In this document: piece by piece, positions 9,010-20,734 of the stretch | Layout: every line of letters begins with the position of its first letter | How positions within the stretch are numbered: the first letter of the stretch is position 1 | Source of the DNA: an uncultured delta proteobacterium | GTDB taxonomy: Bacteria; Desulfobacterota; Syntrophobacteria; BM002 | Length of the DNA: 32,002 nt | NCBI GenBank assembly: GCA_963712115.1 | Contig: CAVQGX010000016.1 | Location: 1-32,002, forward strand | Direction of reading: 5' to 3' | Notes under the pieces: model-generated | What the model was told of the DNA's origin: nothing | Database searches by the model: none | The model's input: only the letters and a program-made list of their open reading frames with translations | Translations under genes and position numbers: made by a program

Positions 9010-9280
9010 TTGGAGTGATGGAGTGATGAAGATTTCAGATTCTAGATTGAAGATTGCAGAGAGGCCAAAGGCTCATGGCGCAAGGCTCAAGGCAAAAACC
9101 TTGTAGTCAGTAGTCGAGAAAAACTCTATTGTGATTGCCTTTCTCCTGCATTCTGGATTCTGGCTCCTGAATTCTAGCTGACTTCCGATCTCGGATCTCT
9201 GACCTGTGACTCTATGCCCTATGCTCTATGCTCCATGCCTTTATTAAATCTAAAATATGCAATCTACAATCTGAAATGCT
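9010..9280. repeat. Heptamer-mosaic element: right arm of the pil-operon pair and left arm of the TPR-gene pair
   Basis: 9030-9240 is an inverted copy of 3089-3304; 9211-9277 resembles the reverse complement of 10411-10470. Confidence 0.85.
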
Positions 9281-9286
9281 TCCAGC

Positions 9287-10051
9287 TCACTTCCCTAGGG
9301 CTCTCAGGTAGCGCAGTGCCTCCTGGGCTCTGTCCGAGCCAGGATCTAGCCTTATCACCTTGTCGAAAGATTCGATGGCCTTCTGCCTTGCGCCACTCTT
9401 GTAAAGAAGTTTTCCCAGGTTCAGATATGCATCAACGTACTCCGGGTTGACCTCCAGTGCTTTTTCATATGAGTATTTTGCCTTAGAGTACTGACCCAAC
9501 CCCTCGTACACCTGCCCCAAAATATTATAAGCAGCCACAAAGTCAGGGACGAGCTGTATGGCTTCTTCCAGATGTGCTTTTGCCTTCTGGTACTCTTTGA
9601 GGCTCATATAGGCGATGCCAAGGTGATAATGAGCGTCTTGCGGTTTCGTGTAGAGGAGATTTTCTAGGGCTTTGTTGTAGGCTTCAATGGCTTGGTTTAC
9701 CTTGCCTTGACGAAAATATATAACACCGAGATAATTATACGCGTCCGAATAGTCCGGCTTCAGTGCAATGGCTTCTTTAAGATGGTGTTCCGCCTTATCA
9801 AGCACCTCCTTCCTGTCGTAGGTCAACGCCAGAACGTAGTGCAGGTATGGATCATCCGGGTTCATTTCCAGAGCTTTGAGATACTGCTCCAGCGCTTTAC
9901 TCGTATCATTCCTTGCCAGGTACCTATCCCCCAAATCACGGGCTGCTCGCGACTGTCTCTCCCTAAAAGCTTTATCAGTGGCGCAACCACTGACGATGAA
10001 AGCTAAAACCAATGTCAAGCCTACCATTCGCCATCTATTCTGTGGTCTCAA
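9287..10051 (-). CDS. TPR-repeat lipoprotein, PilF/PilW/Tgl-like pilotin
   Basis: Likely start TTG at 10051 after AGGAGG. Signal peptide ends in the lipobox VSGC. About six TPR repeats, including AYNYLGVIY and ALENLLYTKPQ.AHYHLG. Convergent with pilQ. Confidence 0.8.
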   Translation of the reverse strand: MRPQNRWRMVGLTLVLAFIVSGCATDKAFRERQSRAARDLGDRYLARNDTSKALEQYLKALEMNPDDPYLHYVLALTYDRKEVLDKAEHHLKEAIALKPDYSDAYNYLGVIYFRQGKVNQAIEAYNKALENLLYTKPQDAHYHLGIAYMSLKEYQKAKAHLEEAIQLVPDFVAAYNILGQVYEGLGQYSKAKYSYEKALEVNPEYVDAYLNLGKLLYKSGARQKAIESFDKVIRLDPGSDRAQEALRYLRALGK

Positions 10052-10063
10052 TCCAACCCTCCT

Positions 10064-10252
10064 TAGCCCGGATATTTCATCAATCACCTGCTGCGACGTA
10101 CCATTCGGGTACGCCTCGGGACCAATCCCGCGGTACCGCGGGACGGTGGCCAGTGGCCCGCCCGCCTCGCCTGAGCGAGCAGGCTTGCGATGGCGGGCAG
10201 GCACGCCCATCTTCGCGGTCTCGCGACAGCAATTCATGAAATATCCGGGCTA
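10064..10252. mobile_element. MITE-like element with terminal inverted repeats, long copy
   Basis: TA-GCCCGGATATTTCAT ... ATGAAATATCCGGGC-TA with internal GC-rich palindromes. Related to 18996-19069. Confidence 0.75.
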
Positions 10253-10366
10253 GCTATCAGCGGCTAGCGACATGTGGGAACTTTGGTACCAAGGTCCCCT
10301 ACTGCATGCCTGAAGATTTGGTTGAGTCTAATTGCGACGCCACCTTTTGTCAATGAGGAAGCAAGA

Positions 10367-10740
10367 TGGAGTACTGGAGTATTGGAGTAATGGAGTGGTG
10401 GAAGGCTGAGGACTTTTGATTGAAGATTGCAGAGTTGGGAAGGCATAGGGCATGGAGCATGGGGCATAGAGTGAAAGGCACATTTCGAATTTGGAATTGC
10501 GAATTGCGGAGTGAAGAGAAGCGAAAGGCTCAGGGCGCAAGGCAAAGGAGTCAGAATTCAGGAGTCAGCAGTCAGAATCCAGAATCCCTAGGCAAAGAGC
10601 ATAGAGCAAAGGGCATAGGGTTTAAATTTCGAAATTCGAAATGTTTTGCCTTCTGTCCTCAGTCGTCTGTCCTCTGATCTCCGACCTCTGACTTCTGACC
10701 TCTAACTCCATGCCTCTAGTGCTGGCTACTGGATTCTTTG
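10367..10740. repeat. Heptamer/octamer mosaic, including the left arm of an inverted pair around the nitrogen cluster
   Basis: Units GGAGTA(A/T)T, GATTGAA, GGCATAG, GAATTGC, AGTCAGA, CCTCTGA. 10525-10702 matches the reverse complement of 20827-20975. Confidence 0.85.
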
Positions 10741-10814
10741 TGGTCAAAACATTTGCCTAATAGGAGGTTCCCAAAACTACAATTTTGTGTTATTCCTGAC
10801 TAGCCTACACATAA

Positions 10815-12358
10815 ATGTCAGAAAGGAAGAGAAAATTGAAGAAAATTGAGGAAACTACTTATCTCTATGAAATTGCCAAAGTTCTAACTGAAACCATCGA
10901 CCTGCGAAAGTCCCTTTATTCAGTTCTCGAGATATTGTCCAGATCGCTGGGCATGAGAAGAGGAACCATCACCATCCTAAATCCTTTGCGGGACGAGATA
11001 CAAATTGAGGTGGCCCACGGGCTCTCCAGGAGCGCCATGCAGCGAGGCAGATACAAGCCTGGGGAGGGAATCACCGGGCGGGTCATTCAGCAGGGCAAGA
11101 GTTTCGTTGTGCCCAAGATAAGTGAAGAACCCTCATTTCTCAACCGCACTGCTTCGCAGACGGCAGACCCAAGAAGAGCTTTCCTTTATCTGCGTACCCA
11201 TCAAGAAGGGTCAACAAGTTGTGGGTGCTCTGAGTGTGGACCTTCCTTATGACGATGGATTTGATCTCAAAGCTGGCGAGAAGACTTCTCACGGTTATAG
11301 CCACCATGTTGGCCCAGTGGGTAATCAATCTAGAGACTCTGCAGATAGAAAAGGAGGCCTTGCACCAGGAAAACCTGCGATTGCAGGAACAGCTCGCCAG
11401 CAAACACCGCATCACCAACATTATTGGCAACAGTAACAAAATGCGGGAAGTATTTCAGATGATCTCCCAAGTTTGCCGCAGCAACGCCACTGTGTTGATC
11501 CGGGGTGAGAGTGGTACGGGCAAGGAACTGGTGGCCAATGCCATTCACTATAACAGCCCCAGAGCCAAACACACATTCATCAAGGTAAATTGCGCCGCCC
11601 TTCCTGCAACCTTGATCGAAAGTGAGCTTTTTGGTCATGAGAAAGGAGCCTTTACCGGGGCAATCAAACAGAAGAGGGGCAAATTCGAGCTGGCGAATAA
11701 AGGAACAATCTTTCTTGATGAAATCGGCTCCATCGGCCTCGACGTTCAAGCAAATCTCCTCAGGGTTCTGCAAGAAAAGGAGTTCGAGCGGGTTGGAGGT
11801 ACTCAAACCATCAAAGTGGATGTGCGCATAATTGCAGCAACCAGCAAGAACCTCGAGCAGGCGGTGGAGGACGAAACCTTCCGGGGTGACCTCTACTATC
11901 GACTAAACGTCTTTCCCATCTATTTACCCCCTTTGCGGGAACGCAAGACAGACGTGCTTTTGCTAGCTGACCATTTCCTGGAGCTCTATGCCAGGGAAAA
12001 CAACAAGGACATCCGCCGCTTCTCTACCCCGGCCATTGATATGCTCATGCAGTACCACTGGCCGGGAAATGTGCGTGAGCTGGAAAATTGCATCGAGCGG
12101 GCCGTCCTATTGTGCGAGGGAGGTGTGATTCGGAGCTATCACCTCCCCCCGACTCTACAGACCGGAGAGCAATCAGATACCGTTCCGGCCCGCTCACTTG
12201 AGGAGGCGGTAGCGGGCCTGGAACGGGAGATTATTATTGATGCCTTGAAAAACACCCGGGGCAATATGGTCATGGCGGCAGAACTGCTCCAGACGACAGT
12301 GCGAAAATTTACTTACAAGGCCAAGAAATATGGGGTCGATTTTAGGCAGTACCGGTGA
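10815..12358 (+). CDS. NifA-like sigma54-dependent activator (GAF-AAA+-HTH), split by two apparent +1 frameshifts (~11157, ~11281)
   Basis: Three overlapping ORFs join into one protein: GAF (GEGITGRV...FLNRTAS / EELSFICVPIK...VGALSVD / LLTVIATM), Walker A GESGTGKE, GAFTGA, FLDEIG, WPGNVRELEN and a C-terminal HTH. Confidence 0.88.
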
Positions 12359-12376
12359 GGAGGCCTTTCTTATTGA

Positions 12377-12550
12377 TATGAGATGTGGGATTGCGAATTT
12401 AAAATCCGGAATCGCCCATCTCACATCTCAAATCTGCATTCCGAAGCCAAGTTACGAATTCAGACGTTTAGCGATTCGACTGCTCTAAGCATAGCAATCC
12501 CTTAAGTATTTGCTAATTCCCCAATCCCATAATTCCTTAATCCCTCAATT
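12377..12550. repeat. Short-repeat hairpin and CCCYAAT runs between the activator and amtB
   Basis: TGAGATGTGGGAT ... ATCTCACATCTCA inverted repeat; AATTCCCCAATCCCATAATTCCTTAATCCCTCAAT tandem run. Confidence 0.65.
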
Positions 12551-12727
12551 TGTTTCACCCCGGCCCTTCCCATCGACCCCTAAGTTCACCTATCTCTATA
12601 AGTGACTAAATATCATTAGAAAAATACATATTAACTTACAATTTTGTCATTTGACTTTCCTTATCACAATGAGTGCTTTACCCATAAGATATTAACATTA
12701 TTATAATTTATGCAATAATGATTTAAT

Positions 12728-12743
12728 TGGCACAGCCGTTGCT
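12728..12743 (+). promoter_or_regulatory. sigma54 (-24/-12) promoter of amtB-glnK-glnD
   Basis: TGGCAC-AGCCG-TTGCT, canonical GG-N10-GC spacing. Confidence 0.9.
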
Positions 12744-12808
12744 CATGTCTCTCGCGCAATTTATTTAAAGCAAGTCCTTACTGAAATATTTTATTGAGGA
12801 GGATGCAA

Positions 12809-14441
<1,633 letters not shown>

Positions 14442-14549
14442 TCATTGGTCATTAGACATTGATTATTGGCTATCGTTTACAACGTGTTCTTGGCCTCTTT
14501 ACCTTATTAATTCGGATGAGAAATTAGATTTAATCCAAGGTCTTTAGTT

Positions 14550-17190
14550 GTGAGTGCATTAACCCGAGTTGCCGCCATGACTCCTACGGATTCTCCGGTC
14601 AGCCATCTGCAGAAAAGGAAGAAGGAGTTACTTGCCCGTTTTCTAGGCGGTAATGAACCGCATTTCCTATCTCTTCATGCCGAAATTCTTGACGATTACT
14701 TTCATCAAAGCTTCGCGCAAAGTTCCGCCGGTCCCCGCATGGGTATTGAGAAGAATCCCTATGCTATCATCGCCCTCGGGGGCTACGGCAGAAAAGAGCA
14801 GTGTCTGCACTCCGATATTGATGTGCTCCTTCTTTTCGGAAAGAAGATCCCAAAGGAAGCGGCAGTCCTCGTCCAAGAGATATTCTACCCCCTGTGGGAC
14901 ATCGGCTTGGAGGTAAGCTACGCCACCCGCACCCTCAAAGAATGCCTGAGCCTGGCATCCCAGGATTTCGAGGTGCTGACCTCGCTGGTGGATGCCCGCT
15001 TTCTCTGTGGTATCTCCTCGCTCTACTCGGAGCTCACGGAAGTGATGCGTCGCAAGATCCTGCATAAGAACGGCAAAGACTTCATCCAATGGCTAGTGGA
15101 AAAAAATGAGGATCGCCATAACCGGTTCGGCGATTCCACCCATCTCCTGGAGCCCAACTTAAAGGAGGGTCTTGGTGGCTTGCGAGACTATCACGCCATG
15201 CTCTGGCTGGGGTGGGCCAAACATCAGATCAAGGAACCGCGAGATCTGGAATATCTTGGCCACCTCTCGCACAACGAATTTCAGACCCTGACCAAGGCAC
15301 TCTCATTCATTCTGACGGTAAGAAACTGGCTCCACCACATCAGCGGTCGAAAGTGTGACCAACTCTATTTCGAATACCAGATCAAGGTGGCCGAGGCCTT
15401 GCATTTCAAGAATCGGAATGGCCAGCAGGCGGTAGAACTTTTTCTCGGCCGCTTGCACGGTCATATGGAGTTTTTAAAACAGCAACACCTGCTGCTGCTT
15501 AACAGGATTGTGCCCCGGAAATACAAGGCCGCTCGGGGAATACTCAGGCACCGATCGAGCGTCGGCGGCATAGTGATTGGCCAGGAGTCCCTGAATTTTG
15601 AGTCTTCAGAGGCCATCCTGGAAAATCCCCAGCTCTTGCTCAAGATATTCGAGCAGAGTGCCAAGCTTGGACTCCCCCTGAGTATTGAAGCAAGAAGGCT
15701 GGTCAAGGAATTCCTCTACCTAGTAGATGGGGAGTTCAGACAGTCCACTGGTATCATTCAATCGCTGCAACGCATCTTACTGGCACCTCTCCAGCCCCTG
15801 GACGCTCTGGACGAAATGTTGACCACAGGAATCCTGCTGGCCCTCATCCCAGAAATGAAGAATGTGGTCAATCTCATTCAGTACGACGAGTATCATGTCT
15901 ATCCGGTGGACAAGCATCTCTTGCATGCAGTCCGGCTATTGAAGGACTTCGGCAAGCCGGATCTGAACCCCCAGGAAGCATTTTATGGTCAGCTCTTCAG
16001 CGAGGTGAGCCGTCCCGAGCTTCTCCACTGGGCGGTACTCCTGCACGATGTAGGAAAAGGCTCTGAGGGTAAAGATCATTCCAGGCATGGCGCCGCAATG
16101 GTCCGCGATGTATTTCAGCGGATGAACTTTGCTGACAGTGACATTGAGACAATATCTTTTTTGGTCCGCGAACACCTGCTGTTAACCAAAACCGCCACCC
16201 AGAGAGACCTTAATGATGAGAAGGCCGTGATTCAGTGTGCCAGTAAATTCAGGAATACTGAGGAGCTCAAGATGCTTTATCTCCTCACCCTGGCCGACTC
16301 CAAAGCCACAGGACCCAAGGCCTGGAATGATTGGATCGCTGCCCTCCTTAAGGAACTCTTCTTCAAGGTCTATCACATCCTGAAAAAAGGGGAACTGGCC
16401 ACGCCTGCGGCTGTGGACATTTTCGAGAAGAAGAGGAAGGAAATTTTTCAGGAATCACTTTCCATGCCCCTGGAAGATCTGGAGTCACTCTTCGAGCAGA
16501 TGTCTCCCCGCTATCTCCTTTACACCCCGGTGAAAGAAATTCTTCGCCACATTGAACTCTACCAGAGGCTCGGAGCGGCGCCTTTGGTGCTGGAGGCCCA
16601 AATCGTTCCCGGAACCGACTACCGGACCGTAACCGTTTGTGCCCAGGACCGCCCGGGTCTCTTTTCCAAGATATCCGGCGTTTTCACCCTTAATAACCTG
16701 GACATTCTGGACGCTCAGATATACACCTGGCGCAATCACATTGCTCTTGACATTTTTAAGGTCAAGGCCCCACCGGACACTCTTTTTGAAGATGAAGCCT
16801 GGGCCAGAGTCCGAAAGAATTTACACTCGGCCCTCAATGGGGATCTGGCCCTCGACCTTGTCCTGGATGAAAAGCTGCGGGCTTACCAGTCCGCCGTCAG
16901 AGAGCACAGCCTCACGACCAGACAAGATTGTTGTGGATAACAGTGGTTCTGATTTCTTCACCGTCATTGAGGTCTACACCTACGACTTCCCTGGCCTCCT
17001 CTATAAGATCACTGACGCCTTGTTCCGATGCGACCTGGATGTCTGGGTCGCCAAGATTGCCACCAAGGTGGACCAGGTGGTTGATGTCTTTTACGTCCGT
17101 GATCTGGACGGTCAAAAAGTTGACAATTCTGAGCAGGAAACCGCTATTCGAGCGGCTATAAGCCGAGTTCTGACCAGAAACTCCGGCTGA
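14550..17190 (+). CDS. glnD: [Protein-PII] uridylyltransferase, with an apparent +1 frameshift near 16900
   Basis: NT motif ALGGYGR...HSDIDVL, EPNLKEGLGGLRD, HD domain YHVYPVDKH...LLHDVGKG and ACT1 (DRPGLFSKI). ACT2 (DFPGLLYKIT...DVFYV) continues in the +1 frame ORF ending at 17190. Confidence 0.92.
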
Positions 17191-17259
17191 AAGTCGTCAG
17201 CCCACTATCCAGGGCGTTTCGCCAAAAAGAAATAACTGGAATAGCCTAAAAATACAATT

Positions 17260-18195
17260 TTGTATTTTACTGCAGAGTTTTTATTACAAAATTATATTTT
17301 TGCGAGATATGCCAAAACGGAGAACCACTTCTGTATTCTGGCATATGGAAAACTCGGGGACCATGAACTCAACTACAGCTCCGACATCGACCTTCTGGGC
17401 ATATTCGATGTCCCCGACGGTTTGGCAAAAGATCTCGGTATTGAACCAGCGGTGCTCAAATACCTGTTCGCCTGGGTCATGGAGAGAGTCAGTCTGGACC
17501 TGTCCATGCACACTGAGGAGGGGTATGCCTATCGCGTGGATCTGCGGCTGCGGCCTTACGGCAGGGCAGGAGAACTGGTATACTCCGTTCCGGGTCTGGT
17601 GGATTACTATGGCACCACCGCGTCTCTGTGGGAAATCCAAGCGGCCCTCAAGATAAGACCCATTGCCGGCAACCGCCAACTGGGCTATATGTTTCTTGAG
17701 CAGATAGAGTCGATGCTCACGAACCGGCGCAGCCGGGAGGAGATAGTTCAGTCCATCGAGAAAATGCGGACGGCTGCTATCAAAAAGATTTCTCCTGCCG
17801 GCTCCACCGATGTGAAAAGCGGAGTGGGTGGCCTCCGGGACGTGGAATTTCTGGTTCAGGGGTTGCTGCTGTTGCATGCCCCGGACATTAAAGGCTTGCT
17901 AGAGGGCAATACGCTCAGGGCTTTGAAAAGGCTGGAGCAGGAAGGGATTTTACCCGCAACCACAACCGCTCAGGTGCGGGAAGACTACCTGTTCTTGCGA
18001 CGCGTCGAACACTATCTTCAGATCCTCGAAGACCGTCAAATCCATGCCTTGCCCACAGACGCTCGGGAACTTGAAGCCCTGGCCAAGAGAATACTTGGCA
18101 TCGAAAGTGACGCCAGCCGGTTCATGGCAGAAGTGGAGAACCGCTGTCAACGTGTACGGTCTGCCTATGTCGAACACTTGCTGAAACAGGCATAG
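17260..18195 (+). CDS. glnE: GlnE-like (glutamine synthetase adenylyltransferase/removase) single catalytic domain, apparently 5'-truncated
   Basis: GKLGDHELNYSSDIDL, YRVDLRLRPYG, DVKSGVGGLRDVEFLVQ, LRRVEHYLQILEDRQIHALP. The first ~18 codons are AT-rich and non-coding-like, with no RBS. Confidence 0.75.
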   Translation: MYFTAEFLLQNYIFARYAKTENHFCILAYGKLGDHELNYSSDIDLLGIFDVPDGLAKDLGIEPAVLKYLFAWVMERVSLDLSMHTEEGYAYRVDLRLRPYGRAGELVYSVPGLVDYYGTTASLWEIQAALKIRPIAGNRQLGYMFLEQIESMLTNRRSREEIVQSIEKMRTAAIKKISPAGSTDVKSGVGGLRDVEFLVQGLLLLHAPDIKGLLEGNTLRALKRLEQEGILPATTTAQVREDYLFLRRVEHYLQILEDRQIHALPTDARELEALAKRILGIESDASRFMAEVENRCQRVRSAYVEHLLKQA

Positions 18196-18278
18196 GGCAC
18201 GGTGCAGAGAGCATGGGTTTGAAGTCGTCCCCATGCCCCTTGCTTTGTACTTTATTCCTAGGTCCTTGGAGATTCGGT

Positions 18279-18998
18279 ATGGCAAAAAAATTTCTTGTGT
18301 TACAGCACATGTCCTGGGAGGGTCCGGGTGTGCATCTGATCCGCTCGGCCGAAAAACTGGCGGTGAACCTGGACGTGGTCGAGGTCTGGCGACAGAGTAT
18401 TCCGGACTTAGCCGAGTACAATGGCATGATTGTCTTGGGGGGCAGCCCCAATGTGGACCAGGAGCAAGAATACCCTTTTTTACGCGCCGAGAAAGTGGCC
18501 ATTCGCCGGATCATCGAAACAGGCAGGCTCTATCTTGGCTTCTGTTTGGGACACCAGCTTCTCGCTGACGTTCTGGGCCTAAAGGTGGGACCAAATCCCC
18601 GCCGGAGTGTGGGGTTCATCGAAGGTCATCTGACACCCAACGGCCGTCAACATCCTCTCTTTCATAACTTGCCCAGCTCTCTGCCCCTCTTCAAATGGCA
18701 CAGCCAGGCAGTGCTGCCTCCGGTCCCAAAAAACATTGAGATTCTGGTTACCTCCCTGGAATGCGAGGTGGAGGCCATTTCTGTGGTAGGCAAGCCCCAT
18801 GTCGTCGGACTTCAGTTCGACAATCACGCCGGTTCAATAGAGGATGTCACCACCTGGATAGAGGGAGACCGCAGTTGGTTGTCCAGCCCACCTGAGGTGG
18901 ACACCTCCAGGCTACTGGCAGATGCTGTCAGATATGAGACCCACGTGGGTGAACAGTTTGAATTGGTCTTTGACAATTACTTGAAATTGATACCTTAA
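18279..18998 (+). CDS. Class I glutamine amidotransferase-like protein
   Basis: LVLQH...EGPG, IVLGG, nucleophile elbow GFCLGHQ, FKWH. Start moved to ATG 18279 (GGAG upstream) because the earlier codons are repeat sequence. Confidence 0.88.
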   Translation: MAKKFLVLQHMSWEGPGVHLIRSAEKLAVNLDVVEVWRQSIPDLAEYNGMIVLGGSPNVDQEQEYPFLRAEKVAIRRIIETGRLYLGFCLGHQLLADVLGLKVGPNPRRSVGFIEGHLTPNGRQHPLFHNLPSSLPLFKWHSQAVLPPVPKNIEILVTSLECEVEAISVVGKPHVVGLQFDNHAGSIEDVTTWIEGDRSWLSSPPEVDTSRLLADAVRYETHVGEQFELVFDNYLKLIP

Positions 18999-19069
18999 CC
19001 CGGATGTTTCATGGAATTGCTGTCGCGAGACCGTGAAGATGGGCGTGAATTCACGAAGCATCCGGGCTA
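18996..19069. mobile_element. MITE-like element, short copy, inverted relative to 10064-10252
   Basis: TA-ACCCGGATGTTTCATG ... CACGAAGCATCCGGGC-TA. The core GAATTGCTGTCGCGAGACCGTGAAGATGGGCGTG is nearly the reverse complement of ~10202-10235. Confidence 0.75.
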
Positions 19070-19249
19070 GTTATCAACCACTTTTTCTGTTAATAATGAC
19101 GAAATTAGTTTTTTGGGCTGGCTTATAAATTACATTTTTGTATTTATGCATGTCTGCCAAAGAACAAAAATGTAACTTTTAAAGAAAGGTTGATTTAGCT
19201 ATTTTTTGTAAATAATAGATATTTAAACATTTTTCTCCATAATGTCCTT

Positions 19250-19264
19250 TGGCACATCTCTTGC
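19250..19264 (+). promoter_or_regulatory. sigma54 (-24/-12) promoter of glnA
   Basis: TGGCAC-ATCTC-TTGC, preceded by an AT-rich region with TAC-W6-GTA sites. Confidence 0.9.
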
Positions 19265-19398
19265 CATTGACCTTTAACTAGTGTTTCTTGAGCTCTCTAA
19301 TTCCCGAGCAGCGCATTCTCCGAATTAAACACCAATAGTGAATGCTTGAATATAGAAACCGATAAGAAAACTATTACTTAAGAGGAGGAAAGAAAAAG

Positions 19399-20730
19399 AT
19401 GGGCGAGACAAAAACACAAAAAGACGTACTGAAGATTGTCAAAGAGCGCAATGTGAGTTTCATCCAGATCTGGTTTACCGATGTCCTGGGCATTTTGAAA
19501 GGCTTTGCCATTACTCCCAGCGAATTAGAGGGAGCCCTGGCGGAGGGCATGGGATTTGACGGCTCTTCCATCGAGGGTTTCGCTCGGATCGAAGAGAGCG
19601 ACATGGTGGCCATGCCCGATCCCGCCACCTTCGAGTTCCTCCCCTGGAGGCCCAAAGAAAGGCCGGTTGCCCGCATGTTCTGCGATATCCTCCAGCCTGA
19701 TGGCAGCCCCTATGAGGGAGATCCCAGGTATGTGTTCAAACGCGTTTTGGCGAAAGCGGCCGAGAAGGGCTACACCTTCTATATAGGTCCGGAACTGGAA
19801 TATTTCTATTTTGAAAACAACGAATCCCCGAAGATTATTGATAAGGGAGGATATTTTGACACTCCGCCCTTGGATACCGGCGGAACTTTGAGGCGAGACA
19901 CCATTTTCGCTCTTCAAGAGATGGGAATAGAGGTTGAGTACAGTCACCACGAGGTTGCCCCCAGCCAGCACGAGATTGACTTGCGTTATGATGAGGGATT
20001 GAAAATGGCCGAAAAAGCCGCAACTCTCAGGATCGCAGTCAAAGAGATTGCCAGGCAGCACGGGGTCTATGCCACCTTCATGCCCAAGCCCATCTTTGGG
20101 GAAAACGGCAGCGGTATGCACACCCACCAGTCTCTTTTCAGGGGAAAGGTAAATGCTTTCTACAATGCCAGCGACAAGTATCACCTCTCCGATATGGCCA
20201 AGTCTTACATTGCCGGGATCATGGAGCATGCCCGTGAGATGGCTCTGGTGACCAACCAGTGGGTCAACTCCTACAAACGACTGGTTCCAGGGTATGAGGC
20301 CCCTGTCTACGTTGCCTGGGCTAGGCGCAACCGCTCCACCATGGTGCGGATTCCCATGTATAAGCCCGGCAAGGAACTGGCAACCCGAATCGAGTTTCGT
20401 TCACCAGATCCCGCCTGCAATCTGTATCTGGCTTTTGCCGCCATGCTAGCCGCAGGGTTGAAGGGAGTTGAGGAAAACTACAAACTCCCAGAGCCCATAG
20501 AGGAAGACATCTATGAAATGGATGAGGTGGCGAGGGAGCGCGCTGGGATCACTTCCCTCCCAGGAAGCCTTTTCGAAGCCATTCAAGAGATGGAAAAAAG
20601 CGAGCTCATGCGGGAAACATTAGGGGATCATATCTTCAACAAGCTTATCGCCAACAAGAAGATCGAATGGGATCGCTTCCGCACCCATGTAAGCAGATAC
20701 GAGATTGAGAATTACTTGCCGATTCTATAA
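19399..20730 (+). CDS. glnA: Glutamine synthetase type I (alpha-type length)
   Basis: FDGSSIEGF, GPELEY, HHEVAPSQHEI, TFMPKP..GENGSGMHTHQSL, NSYKRLVPGYEAP, RIEFRSPD; 443 aa. Confidence 0.96.
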   Translation: MGETKTQKDVLKIVKERNVSFIQIWFTDVLGILKGFAITPSELEGALAEGMGFDGSSIEGFARIEESDMVAMPDPATFEFLPWRPKERPVARMFCDILQPDGSPYEGDPRYVFKRVLAKAAEKGYTFYIGPELEYFYFENNESPKIIDKGGYFDTPPLDTGGTLRRDTIFALQEMGIEVEYSHHEVAPSQHEIDLRYDEGLKMAEKAATLRIAVKEIARQHGVYATFMPKPIFGENGSGMHTHQSLFRGKVNAFYNASDKYHLSDMAKSYIAGIMEHAREMALVTNQWVNSYKRLVPGYEAPVYVAWARRNRSTMVRIPMYKPGKELATRIEFRSPDPACNLYLAFAAMLAAGLKGVEENYKLPEPIEEDIYEMDEVARERAGITSLPGSLFEAIQEMEKSELMRETLGDHIFNKLIANKKIEWDRFRTHVSRYEIENYLPIL

Positions 20731-20734
20731 ATAA

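Noticed and set aside
10052-10237. 62-aa N-terminal extension of the TPR protein in the ORF track
   Set aside because: It is read through the MITE. The RBS and lipoprotein signal indicate a start at 10051.
10264-10677. Small ORFs over repeat mosaics (also 9214-9450 and 21764-22204)
   Set aside because: Translations of heptamer repeats (MPYALCSMP, PLLQYSSTP) with no RBS or domain.
11150-11290. Programmed ribosomal frameshifting in the activator, glnD or ATP-grasp gene
   Set aside because: No shared slippery sequence or stimulatory structure was seen; sequence error is simpler.
10815-12358. Calling the activator nifA / nitrogen fixation
   Set aside because: The architecture is NifA-like, but there are no nif genes in the window and the candidate sites differ from TGT-N10-ACA.
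19265-19398. ANTAR hairpins or a glutamine riboswitch in the glnA (and amtB) leaders
   Set aside because: No paired A1/G4 hexaloop hairpins or terminator found; only a weak GCATTC/GAATGC pairing.
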